Below are positions 28,285-36,557 of a stretch of 52,784 bases of DNA, piece after piece (position 1 is the first letter of the stretch; each line of letters opens with the position of its first letter). The stretch is taken from the IMG/VR virus record IMGVR_UViG_3300024258_000612, positions 1-52,784 of that record. One strand, given 5' to 3'. The notes beneath the pieces were generated by a model. That model had not been told where the DNA came from. It worked only from the letters and a program-made list of their open reading frames with translations, and did no database searches. The stretch comes from a virus (taxonomy: Duplodnaviria; Caudoviricetes). The translations under genes and the position numbers were made by a program.

Positions 28285-29304
28285 TACAGGACTCCCTATC
28301 ATATTACTTCTACAGTAATGTATAGGGTCTCCAATCTTCTCTCCCTCTTCTGGGAACACAGGCATTTCTTGCCCCTTCTCCACTCCATCACATATATAAA
28401 AGTGTTTACAAGTTATGCATGTCAAAGGCTTCTGGTAAGAGGAGGCTCTTTGCAGCTCTGCTGTACTATACAAGTCTTTAAGGTTATCCTTAGTAAGTAC
28501 AATACCTCTATCATCTTGGGCGTAGTAGGCAATATTCCAATCATACAAATCAAAAGGTAATTGCATGTACCCTATCACATACTTTTCGTACCCTTTCATA
28601 TAGCACATAGGTATGTACCTAACATTTACGTACCTAATTGACGCTATCTCATCTAAATAGTTGTGAAGATACTTGGACATATCTCCATAGTCTATAGTGG
28701 TCTTTTCGTGCCTATTATCTCCCCAGTAATTAACAACAATAAAGTTTAACTGTAAGGGTCTAAGAGACTCTAAAACTTTTGTATCAATGCACTTGTAGTT
28801 CTCAAAAGATACAGTACAGTTTATTCTAACAACTATACCTAGTTGATGCGCGTTCTCTATTGCTTGTACGATTTTCTTAAAAGAGCCTTTACGCTCTGTT
28901 ATCTTGTCATGAATTTCGGCAGTTTGCCCATGTACAGAAAATAGAATCTCTCTAAGACCTGCATCTTGTGATTTCTTAAGGAAGTCTATATTTGCAAACT
29001 TTCCCCCGTGGGACACACAAGATAAGTAGTCGAACCTCTTATTTGCGTACTCTAATATGTTGAACCAGTTGGGTTCAACAGAGCTCTCTCCCCCTGAGAA
29101 ATCTAAGGAAGTCATTCCGTACTCTTTTGCATAATCTATTTGAGAAAATATCTCCTCTAGAGGTCTTCTCTCCGATAGCTGTAACTTGTAGTAGCAAAAA
29201 TTGCACTTGTAGTTACAAAAAGGGCCCGTGTCTATACGAGCCCTTTTACATATGGTGTCAGATATTACGTCTACTTTCTTTGCAGACATCAGCGATAGGC
29301 TCAT
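28276..29304 (-). CDS. Radical SAM protein with C-terminal CxxCx5C
   Basis: CNYKCNFC, FSGGE, IPMC, CITCKHFYICDG. Confidence 0.9.
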   Translation of the reverse strand: MSLSLMSAKKVDVISDTICKRARIDTGPFCNYKCNFCYYKLQLSERRPLEEIFSQIDYAKEYGMTSLDFSGGESSVEPNWFNILEYANKRFDYLSCVSHGGKFANIDFLKKSQDAGLREILFSVHGQTAEIHDKITERKGSFKKIVQAIENAHQLGIVVRINCTVSFENYKCIDTKVLESLRPLQLNFIVVNYWGDNRHEKTTIDYGDMSKYLHNYLDEIASIRYVNVRYIPMCYMKGYEKYVIGYMQLPFDLYDWNIAYYAQDDRGIVLTKDNLKDLYSTAELQRASSYQKPLTCITCKHFYICDGVEKGQEMPVFPEEGEKIGDPIHYCRSNMIGSPVLD

Positions 29305-30179
29305 GCTAGCTCCTTTATAAGGGTTAATAAATAATCAGAGGAGGTCAACTCTAAAGACCCAAAATCGTTTTCTATATCATACTTACGGGCATTTAAGCCG
29401 GCATCTTCATAATCAATCTTATAGTAGTGAACTGGTATATTATAGTAAGCACACTCCGCTATTAATCTAGGGGAGCAATCCATTCTAGAAATACTAGAAA
29501 TACTAGCCCCGGGGCAGAACACTGGGGTGTAAATGTAAGCATTGATCTGATTTATAAGGTTGGGAATAGGTTTATCGGTACAAGTGATGTAGCTGTCAAA
29601 CCCGTAAGCGCTTTTTACTTCTTCGATATCATACCTTCTACAATTCTGCGTTAAATATAAGAACGCAGAAGTACCTGGGGATGTTTTGGGCTTTAAAGCA
29701 CTGAACAAAAGTTTCTTCTTGTAATCAATAGTATTGAGTAAGGGTTTATCCGTGTATACCCTATTATCCTGTAGTAAGTATACGTTGTCTCTGTTTTTTA
29801 AAGAGTCAAAGGAATCAATCTTACCGCATCTAAATATTATTAGGTTTTTACAAAATATAAATCCGCCCATACTGAAGAGCATAGAGGCGGACCCGTCTGT
29901 TATTATAACCGTTTGATGAGGTGCTTGTAATATTTTTACGCCCTCTGCTACTAGTATATCTTCTTCAGCGGGTAAGATGCTATACTTGTCCCTTGCTAGA
30001 TTTAGTAGTTCTTCTTTTGAAGTACCATCCCCTAGGAATATGGCTACCTTATAGAACTTGCTAAGAAATAAATAGTAGTCTAAGACCTCGAAAGAATGCC
30101 CAGATATCTTACCATGTGTTACCTTGTACCAGGAGTATGAAATTACTATATCATATTCTTCTGGCACCTTGTATATCAT
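29301..30179 (-). CDS. Hypothetical protein, possibly a degenerate GT-B glycosyltransferase
   Basis: Full-length coupled ORF; DCSPRLIAEC loosely resembles the GT-B donor-binding loop. Confidence 0.5.
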   Translation of the reverse strand: MIYKVPEEYDIVISYSWYKVTHGKISGHSFEVLDYYLFLSKFYKVAIFLGDGTSKEELLNLARDKYSILPAEEDILVAEGVKILQAPHQTVIITDGSASMLFSMGGFIFCKNLIIFRCGKIDSFDSLKNRDNVYLLQDNRVYTDKPLLNTIDYKKKLLFSALKPKTSPGTSAFLYLTQNCRRYDIEEVKSAYGFDSYITCTDKPIPNLINQINAYIYTPVFCPGASISSISRMDCSPRLIAECAYYNIPVHYYKIDYEDAGLNARKYDIENDFGSLELTSSDYLLTLIKELA

Positions 30180-30766
30180 AGTAGGTCTTCTACGTCAATC
30201 CTCTCACTACCGAATGTGTTGGGTATCTTGTACAGTTTTTTAACTACAGCAGTGTACAACTCGTTGTACGTATTGTTGTAAGGGAAGCAAAAGTAGTTAA
30301 TCTTCTGCTTTAACTCCTTATCAAACCACTCTACCATTTTAGCAGTATCTTCCTTCATAAAGTTAAACTTGTAACTTAGAGCACTATGGAGAGGATACGC
30401 TTCTTCTTCTAGTATTTTTTCTTTAAAATGAGAAAAGGAATGACCCCCAATAATAGTATTAGGAAGGGACTTCAGATGCTTTATCTGCTTAATGTTCATG
30501 AAAGCATTGCCCCTGCCTGCCTCGAAAAACTGTAGGTGTGCTTCCGTACTAGAGGAGCTCTCGGCTTGAGGGGTACCGTTCTCTGTATGTAAAATCCCTG
30601 GAGAAATAAAGTATACTTTTGTAGTGGGTATACTATTAAAATGCTCCCAATGTACGTACTGACTATATAGACCATCGTCAAACGTTATAAGGTACTCTGC
30701 GAGCGTCTCTTTAGGGATCGCTAGGATCTCGGGGGTTACCTCATGAATACATAAAACCTTTGCCAT
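30176..30766 (-). CDS. Polysaccharide deacetylase (NodB/CE4)
   Basis: ITFDDG, GHSFSH, FCFPY. Confidence 0.88.
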   Translation of the reverse strand: MAKVLCIHEVTPEILAIPKETLAEYLITFDDGLYSQYVHWEHFNSIPTTKVYFISPGILHTENGTPQAESSSSTEAHLQFFEAGRGNAFMNIKQIKHLKSLPNTIIGGHSFSHFKEKILEEEAYPLHSALSYKFNFMKEDTAKMVEWFDKELKQKINYFCFPYNNTYNELYTAVVKKLYKIPNTFGSERIDVEDLL

Positions 30767-30767
30767 T

Positions 30768-31376
30768 TTAACTACCTATACTAAAGAATTGGGTTCTTAA
30801 AGTCTCGACTTCCTCTTCAGTCTCTGAGGCAAGTACCGCTGTTTTAAAAATTTTATACTGCTCCCATAGGAATCTTTTAGCGGATAGTTGGTCCTTAGCC
30901 TCTAAATACTCTTCCAGTTGTTGGATTAATGCAGTGTTACCTGTATTAAGAATAGCCAAGTAGTTCTCCTCCCTATTAGCATCGGTGATATTATACCCAG
31001 CATCTTGCAACACGTTATTACCCTCCATATAGTTGAATAAAACGACTACGTTAAGAGTAGTAAACCTTTGATACATTCTTGTGCGTGCGGAAGATATAGC
31101 ACTATTGCGCACCCTCTCTATTCCCTCGGTGCTTTCTGTAATTTGCAGGTCTCCAGGTTGCAACTCTGGGCCACTTAAGTCCGTAGACTTAGGTATTACC
31201 ACGGTATGTCCGTCCTCTAACATTTGTTGCAAGATATCTGCCGTTACTGCAGATAGTCTCATATAAAAACCTCCTGCAGTATCTAAAAATTGAGTGTCGC
31301 TTACTACAACACCCGTCAACTGCCACTCTGTGCCAATATCTTCTATACTAGCTACTTCATATACTCTACTTGCCAT
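30768..31376 (-). CDS. Hypothetical protein
   Basis: Overlaps the end of the Cys-rich/S74 gene; helical C-terminal half. Confidence 0.7.
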   Translation of the reverse strand: MASRVYEVASIEDIGTEWQLTGVVVSDTQFLDTAGGFYMRLSAVTADILQQMLEDGHTVVIPKSTDLSGPELQPGDLQITESTEGIERVRNSAISSARTRMYQRFTTLNVVVLFNYMEGNNVLQDAGYNITDANREENYLAILNTGNTALIQQLEEYLEAKDQLSAKRFLWEQYKIFKTAVLASETEEEVETLRTQFFSIGS

Positions 31377-32190
31377 TGTTTAGTTTCTCCGATAATTCTT
31401 TTACTGCGTTTATTAAAATTGGTACAAGCTCTATATAGCTAACCATTAATTTACCATTTTTGTCCTCTGATACTAAGACGTCATCATTTAATTCTTGGGC
31501 CATAACACCGTAGTGCTTAGCCTCTTTGTCCCACAGGTATTGGAACTTATATGTATCAATATTATTAAGGTAATCTAGTCCTAAATTTAAAGGTTCTATA
31601 TCTCTTTTGAGGGTAATATCACTATAATTACATCTACAGTCTGTGTTACAGGTACATACAGAGTTACAGGCACAATCTGAGTTACAAATACAGTCCCCTT
31701 CTAGTGCTCTGATTCTGTTCCTCAGAGAAGTTACTACTGAAGCAGCAACAGCCGTCCCGTCCCCGGGTATCCCAGTGTTGCCTCCCATCCTGTTTAAGGC
31801 AGAGTTCACATTAGAGAAGTGGGCGTTGTCTATAGCAGATCCGGCGCTTACATTAGAGCCCGGCACACTAGTAGTATACGAAAAGTCCTTATGAGTATTC
31901 CTACTAGTGAGTTCCTCAGATATAGCAGTTCTTAACTGATTTACGTGATAGTCTCTAATAGACCACCCAGCTGCAAGGCTTCCATCTGAAAACCCTGTCT
32001 TATTTCCTGTGCAGGTACTTCTATGCCCTGCACAAGATGCTAGCCCTACAGGTACGCCTTCAGTATGTGCACTACAAATACCCGTACTTTCCCCTTCTGT
32101 AGCCCCTGAATAATTGTATGTAACAGTTGAACCTTGCGCATTAGTGTACGTGAAGCTCTGCCCTGAGGTTAAAGTCTTAGTATACGCCAT
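31366..32190 (-). CDS. Cys-rich protein with C-terminal peptidase S74 autocleaving chaperone domain
   Basis: CICNSDCACNSVCTCNTDCRCNY followed directly by SDITLKRDI...GVMAQE...VSYIELVPILINAVKEL (S74/ICA signature). Confidence 0.88.
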   Translation of the reverse strand: MAYTKTLTSGQSFTYTNAQGSTVTYNYSGATEGESTGICSAHTEGVPVGLASCAGHRSTCTGNKTGFSDGSLAAGWSIRDYHVNQLRTAISEELTSRNTHKDFSYTTSVPGSNVSAGSAIDNAHFSNVNSALNRMGGNTGIPGDGTAVAASVVTSLRNRIRALEGDCICNSDCACNSVCTCNTDCRCNYSDITLKRDIEPLNLGLDYLNNIDTYKFQYLWDKEAKHYGVMAQELNDDVLVSEDKNGKLMVSYIELVPILINAVKELSEKLNNGK

Positions 32191-33325
32191 TATTACTCCT
32201 TTCTATCAATAGTTCCTGAAAGGCTCTATCTACTTTTCCAAAATACTGGAAGTATGAACACATTTGTGGTTGGTTGGTATCATCGTACCATCTATCTTCT
32301 AAAGACATCTTCTTACTTATTTGTGATTTAAGAGCAGGGCACTTAACACAGGTTGTGGCTGGACAAGTTATACAAGGGTCTGGAGTTGTATAGTCGTGAT
32401 TTATTAAATTGCCTTTAAATACTTCCAACTTACTAAAGAACTCCTCATTAGAGTCCTCAATGTTTGCTAAGTGCAGCTCTTCCCTGTTTTCTTGATAGAT
32501 AACACCATGACATGCCAGCACATCCCCTTCTACAGTTATAGCTGTAATGCTCTGCCCTGCAGCACACTGAGATCCTTTAACACCCCCATACCAGCTAAAT
32601 AAAGTATGGCCATTCTTTTCAGAGAAGGCGAGCTCCTTCTTAGTTAGGGCAACAATCTTGCTCTTATACATTTCCATATAAGCGTGTTGGTCACTATCAT
32701 CATAGTAGTCTATAGTAGGGGAATAAGCCAGCTGTAACCCTTTCTCTTTAAACTTATAGTACAGGTCCTCGTAGTCGTCCCATATATCTTCGAGGTGTAC
32801 AAAGTACTCAGGAACTAAAGTAGCTTTTAGGTGCAAATTAATATTAGGTATCTCTAGTAGCTTAAGTATGTTATCTCTAACTCTTTGAGTACTGTCCTTG
32901 CCAGTTATCGTCAATCTGAGAGGGTCTGGCATTAATCCATCATAGGACACTTGTATCTGAACCCTTTCATCTAACATATCTCTTAACTCTCTAAGGTCAT
33001 ACCCATTAGTATACATGTGATACTTTACAGGGTGCCCTTTAAACTCCTCTAAGAACTCTTTTATTAAAGGCTTATTTAGGGTAGGCTCTCCTCCCCAGAA
33101 GTCAATCTTAACACCTCCATACTCCCCTAAGTTTTTTAACTTGTGGTGTATCTTCTCTTTAGTCAGCTTTATCTGTTCTGGGGTTAGTAGTGTCTCATTG
33201 AGCTTATAATTTTCGTCGGGGTTATCTCCACAGCCTTCAAAGCAGTATGAGCACCCTAAGTTGCACTGCTGAGTTGTGGTTATCTCGAATGTGTAATATC
33301 TTTTTACCGGGGTGTAGTCGTCCAT
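32177..33325 (-). CDS. Radical SAM/SPASM maturase (anSME/peptide-maturase-like)
   Basis: CNLGCSYC, FWGGEPTL, YTNG, QVSYDG; SPASM-type CAAG...GDVLACH...CITCPATTCVKCP...C. Confidence 0.9.
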   Translation of the reverse strand: MDDYTPVKRYYTFEITTTQQCNLGCSYCFEGCGDNPDENYKLNETLLTPEQIKLTKEKIHHKLKNLGEYGGVKIDFWGGEPTLNKPLIKEFLEEFKGHPVKYHMYTNGYDLRELRDMLDERVQIQVSYDGLMPDPLRLTITGKDSTQRVRDNILKLLEIPNINLHLKATLVPEYFVHLEDIWDDYEDLYYKFKEKGLQLAYSPTIDYYDDSDQHAYMEMYKSKIVALTKKELAFSEKNGHTLFSWYGGVKGSQCAAGQSITAITVEGDVLACHGVIYQENREELHLANIEDSNEEFFSKLEVFKGNLINHDYTTPDPCITCPATTCVKCPALKSQISKKMSLEDRWYDDTNQPQMCSYFQYFGKVDRAFQELLIERSNNGVY

Positions 33326-33522
33326 TATGTCATTAGTAGTTGTTTAAATTGGTTCTTCTCTTCTTCAGGGAAGTACGCTTTATCTTCGGGGATAATAGAC
33401 ATAAAGTCTTGCGCTTGTATTAAGTACTCAGAAGAGAGCTCCAAGTCTATAGGCTCTAACTCTTTAGCTATATTGAAGAGGCTTTCCGCTACTCTAGCTA
33501 TTCTATCATATGACTCCGCCAC
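33325..33522 (-). CDS. Small acidic hypothetical protein
   Basis: One-base overlaps with both neighbours. Confidence 0.6.
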   Translation of the reverse strand: MAESYDRIARVAESLFNIAKELEPIDLELSSEYLIQAQDFMSIIPEDKAYFPEEEKNQFKQLLMT

Positions 33523-33788
33523 TAGCTATAAACCGCAGGGTATACTTGTTTCCAAGATCCTGCTGCCCTAATATAGATATTGCTCCCACTAATGTATATA
33601 TTACCATTATGCCCTGTATTGCCGTCTATTCTAGCGTACGTTCCATCGTGTCCGTGTCCTGAAGTAGCAAACTCACTAGAGTTTTTACCGTCTAGTAAAT
33701 CTGCATCTAGTGTCGAGCCCGACCCATCGTTACCTTTTTGCCAAGCCTTGTTACCATCAATGGTGGTATCTACTTTTAATTCTGCCAT
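33522..33788 (-). CDS. Short tail-fibre-like protein
   Basis: GNDGSGSTLDADLLDG fibre motif, GHGH; AGGAG RBS. Confidence 0.7.
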   Translation of the reverse strand: MAELKVDTTIDGNKAWQKGNDGSGSTLDADLLDGKNSSEFATSGHGHDGTYARIDGNTGHNGNIYISGSNIYIRAAGSWKQVYPAVYS

Positions 33789-33808
33789 TTAATTCTCCTT
33801 CTGTATAT

Positions 33809-34990
33809 TTATTTGTATATGTATATAGTACCTGTTTGCCCATTATGCTTGTAAGAACCTGCTACTAGTGCTCTATCTGACACACCAACGGGGTGCCCAA
33901 ACCAGTCACCTTGGGCACTGTTAGTTGCCGTTATTTTCGCAAGAAATACTCCACTCGTATCATATAGGTATACAGAGCCGGAACTAAGGACACCATTATC
34001 ATCATCAGAACGAGATCCTATCGCTATAAGACTGTCCGATACGGATATGGAGCTACCAAAGTTATCATAATCTTCGATATCGTACGCAATTACTTTAGTT
34101 ATAAGAGTGCCATCAACATCATATATATATACAGCTCCTCGTTGGGTAGGGTGCTCCCTGCTGGGGGCTCCTATCGCTATAACCGTGTCAGAAATAGCGA
34201 CAGGAGCACCAAAAACGTCATTCGCTTGACCATCGTAGGCAGTTATTTTTTTTATAAAGCTGCCGTTGATGTTGTATAAGTAGGCTGCCCCTGCGGTATC
34301 TCCTAAATCATCGTCTCCTAGTGCACTTACTACTATTCTAGTGTCAGAGGCTGCTACGTTGTTTCCAAACCTGTCAAAAACCTGGGTATCATGAGCGGTT
34401 ATTTTTGTAAGAAAACTCCCGCTCGTACTGTATAGGTATAGGGCTCCGGAACTCTGGTAGGGAGTATCGTGGTCTGGGGCACCTATGGCAATAACAGTAT
34501 TAGAGATAGCAATAGTAAAGCTGCCAAAATTATCATACGCGCTACCATCAGGAGGCACGAGTTTAGCTTGATACACCCCATCAATACTATATAGGTAAGC
34601 TGCTCCTATATTGTTATCCCTCGGAGCACTAATAAGAATGGAAGTATCTGAAACCGCTACCTGAGTACCAAACTGGTCACCGTTTATACCCCCTGGGGAA
34701 GTTATGTGGTGCAACTGGGTACCATTAATATCATATATGTATATAGATCCTACTACGCCCGATTGTTGTCCATCATACGTACCTACTACTATTCTATTGT
34801 CCGAAACTGCTACTGAAGAGCCAAATCGGTAGCCCCCGGGTACAGAGGGGTATATCTGAGACTCAAGGGAGAGGCTGTCTCCTTCAATACTCCCAGACCA
34901 AATCTCCACTCCGTCAAGATTTATAATTTTAATAGCGGTACCGTTGAAAGTTACATTCTTAATATCGGCTAAATTAATGCTTTGCGACAT
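33809..34990 (-). CDS. FG-GAP (integrin-alpha-like) beta-propeller protein
   Basis: About 7 repeats of D.FG..VA.SD....GAP......GA.YLY...G. Confidence 0.85.
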   Translation of the reverse strand: MSQSINLADIKNVTFNGTAIKIINLDGVEIWSGSIEGDSLSLESQIYPSVPGGYRFGSSVAVSDNRIVVGTYDGQQSGVVGSIYIYDINGTQLHHITSPGGINGDQFGTQVAVSDTSILISAPRDNNIGAAYLYSIDGVYQAKLVPPDGSAYDNFGSFTIAISNTVIAIGAPDHDTPYQSSGALYLYSTSGSFLTKITAHDTQVFDRFGNNVAASDTRIVVSALGDDDLGDTAGAAYLYNINGSFIKKITAYDGQANDVFGAPVAISDTVIAIGAPSREHPTQRGAVYIYDVDGTLITKVIAYDIEDYDNFGSSISVSDSLIAIGSRSDDDNGVLSSGSVYLYDTSGVFLAKITATNSAQGDWFGHPVGVSDRALVAGSYKHNGQTGTIYIYK

Positions 34991-35003
34991 ATCTATATAC
35001 CTA

Positions 35004-35747
35004 CTATGTTGTTATATTTAAAGTATCCCCGGATACAGAGAAGGAGGCCCCTACAGGTCCTTGAGGGCCTTGAGGTCCTGCTGGTCCTTGAGGGCCTTGA
35101 GGGCCTTGAGGGCCTGTAGCACCTTGAGGGCCTGCAGCACCTTGAGGGCCTTGCAGTACTGCAGTACTAATAGTAGCTCTACCGTTCACGCCCCCTGAAA
35201 CGTCATATATAGAAATATAGTCATTAGAAGAAGGAGAAGAAATAATAGGAAGTGCAGCCATACTATGACTATGCCCCGAGGCAGCATACCCTGCACTACC
35301 ATGATCTCCCCAGCCCCACGCAGAGTTCCAATGACTAATACCTGTAGTAGTTACACCGCTTGCTGCATGGGTGCTTGCTAAGGCACCTACATGTCCTGCA
35401 TTTAATACTACAGAACCCGTCTGAGTATTAACACTTGATACTGTATCAGCAGGGGTCTGTAGTTCTACCCAGTTTGTGCCGTCATAAATATAGTTAGTGC
35501 TATTACTAATAACAATCGCCATATCACCACTCGTTGCGCTTAGAGCGTTTCTTGCGGTAATGTCTGCTACTTGGGTAACTGAGCTAAGTTGTCCTGCACG
35601 AGCTAAAGCGAAGCCCCCTAAGGTGGCCCCGTCATGAATGACTACCGTATTCTTATCTGAATCGTAAGTAATCTCTCCTGCAGAGCCTGTAAAGGCCGCA
35701 TGTTCAGTAGAGGTACCACTTCGTAGTTGCAGAACATTAGTTAACAT
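35004..35747 (-). CDS. Tail fibre with Mtd-like N-terminus and collagen repeat
   Basis: LQLRSGTSTEHAAFTGSAGEITYDSDKNTVVIHDG (Mtd N-terminal motif), VSSVNTQTGSVVL, 12 G-X-Y triplets. Confidence 0.8.
   Translation of the reverse strand: MLTNVLQLRSGTSTEHAAFTGSAGEITYDSDKNTVVIHDGATLGGFALARAGQLSSVTQVADITARNALSATSGDMAIVISNSTNYIYDGTNWVELQTPADTVSSVNTQTGSVVLNAGHVGALASTHAASGVTTTGISHWNSAWGWGDHGSAGYAASGHSHSMAALPIISSPSSNDYISIYDVSGGVNGRATISTAVLQGPQGAAGPQGATGPQGPQGPQGPAGPQGPQGPVGASFSVSGDTLNITT
35048..35153 (-). repeat. 9-nt period tandem repeat encoding collagen-like GPQ
   Basis: Repeated CCTTGAGGG units on the + strand. Confidence 0.9.
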
Positions 35748-35757
35748 AGGTTACTCC

Positions 35758-35973
35758 TTAGGCAGCTTTAGACTCTTCTTCCAATTCTATATTTAGAGCT
35801 GCTAGGTAGCCTTTTCGAGCCATCTCAAGCTGATTGTAGTCTGCCTGTAATTGGTTCTGTTTTTGCTGTAGAGACGCTAGTTGTTGAACTGCGTCCTTTG
35901 CTACCTCAGATAAGTCCTCAAAAATATGGTCTGTACCGTCAATATTGATTGTTTGCTTAGTTTCTTCTGTCAT
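35758..35973 (-). CDS. Small coiled-coil hypothetical protein
   Basis: ATG 35973 (MTEETKQTINIDG) with AAGGA RBS, downstream of the promoter. Confidence 0.7.
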   Translation of the reverse strand: MTEETKQTINIDGTDHIFEDLSEVAKDAVQQLASLQQKQNQLQADYNQLEMARKGYLAALNIELEEESKAA

Positions 35974-36022
35974 TTTCTTTCCTTTGATTGTGTTTAAAAA
36001 ATTTACCCTAAGGCAAGATGTT

Positions 36023-36051
36023 ATTATACCACCGGGCACCTAAAATGTCAA
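36023..36051 (-). promoter_or_regulatory. sigma70-type promoter on the minus strand
   Basis: Minus strand reads TTGACA-17 nt-TATAAT with upstream A-tract. Confidence 0.85.
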
Positions 36052-36071
36052 GTGGTATTATTTTTTATGTA

Positions 36072-36227
36072 TTAATAGTTGAAGGCATCAGATATAGAAG
36101 TTTCTCTTGCGAGTAGTACTTCCATTTGAAGCTTCTGTGACTCTTGCTTTGCCTGCATATTCAATGCTGTTAACTTAGCAAAGAATCCTAAGGCAATTGG
36201 TAGTATACTTGTTAATAGGGTTAGCAT
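36072..36227 (-). pseudogene. 51-aa membrane ORF, possibly a truncated holin-like gene
   Basis: MLTLLTSILPIALGFFAKLTALNMQAKQESQKLQMEVLLARETSISDAFNY: one N-terminal hydrophobic helix plus a Q/K-rich helix, then a stop. Confidence 0.4.
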
Positions 36228-36233
36228 ATGGTT

Positions 36234-36557
36234 TTATTCTTCTACTGTTTCTACCCAAGAGGTAGTGTCTTCATCCCAAGAGTACATTAAGTCATCTGTT
36301 GGGTAAGCTATAGGTGCGTTCCAAGTAAAGTCAGCATCTAGTGTCCACGAAGGGAATGGTTGAGGTGAAATAAATACTTCATTTACCTTATCCCAAGTGT
36401 CACCGATAGAAGCATACTTGCCCCTAAAGTTTCCGTTGTAAGATGTTTGAATCCATAGAAATGAATCACCTACAGCACCTGAATTAATAAAGTCTTGTTC
36501 AGCAACAATTACTTCTGTAACAATGTTGTTACTCTCTACCTTTGCAAAATGACTCAT
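36234..36557 (-). CDS. Tail-fibre-associated small protein
   Basis: MSHFAKV...WIQTSYNGNFRGKYA.IG...FISPQPFPSW...YSWDE, a pattern I recall downstream of Gly-rich fibres. Confidence 0.75.
   Translation of the reverse strand: MSHFAKVESNNIVTEVIVAEQDFINSGAVGDSFLWIQTSYNGNFRGKYASIGDTWDKVNEVFISPQPFPSWTLDADFTWNAPIAYPTDDLMYSWDEDTTSWVETVEE

Noticed and set aside
21700-33325. Radical SAM genes as a 7-deazaguanine (QueE), MoaA or anaerobic RNR activase pathway
   Set aside because: No queC, queD, folE, dpdA, moaC or nrdD in the window, and the C-terminal Cys clusters do not fit QueE or NrdG.
35004-35747. Diversity-generating retroelement suggested by the Mtd-like domain
   Set aside because: Only the N-terminal anchor motif is present. 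There is no reverse transcriptase or C-type lectin variable region, and the repeat pairs I compared do not show adenine-specific mismatches.
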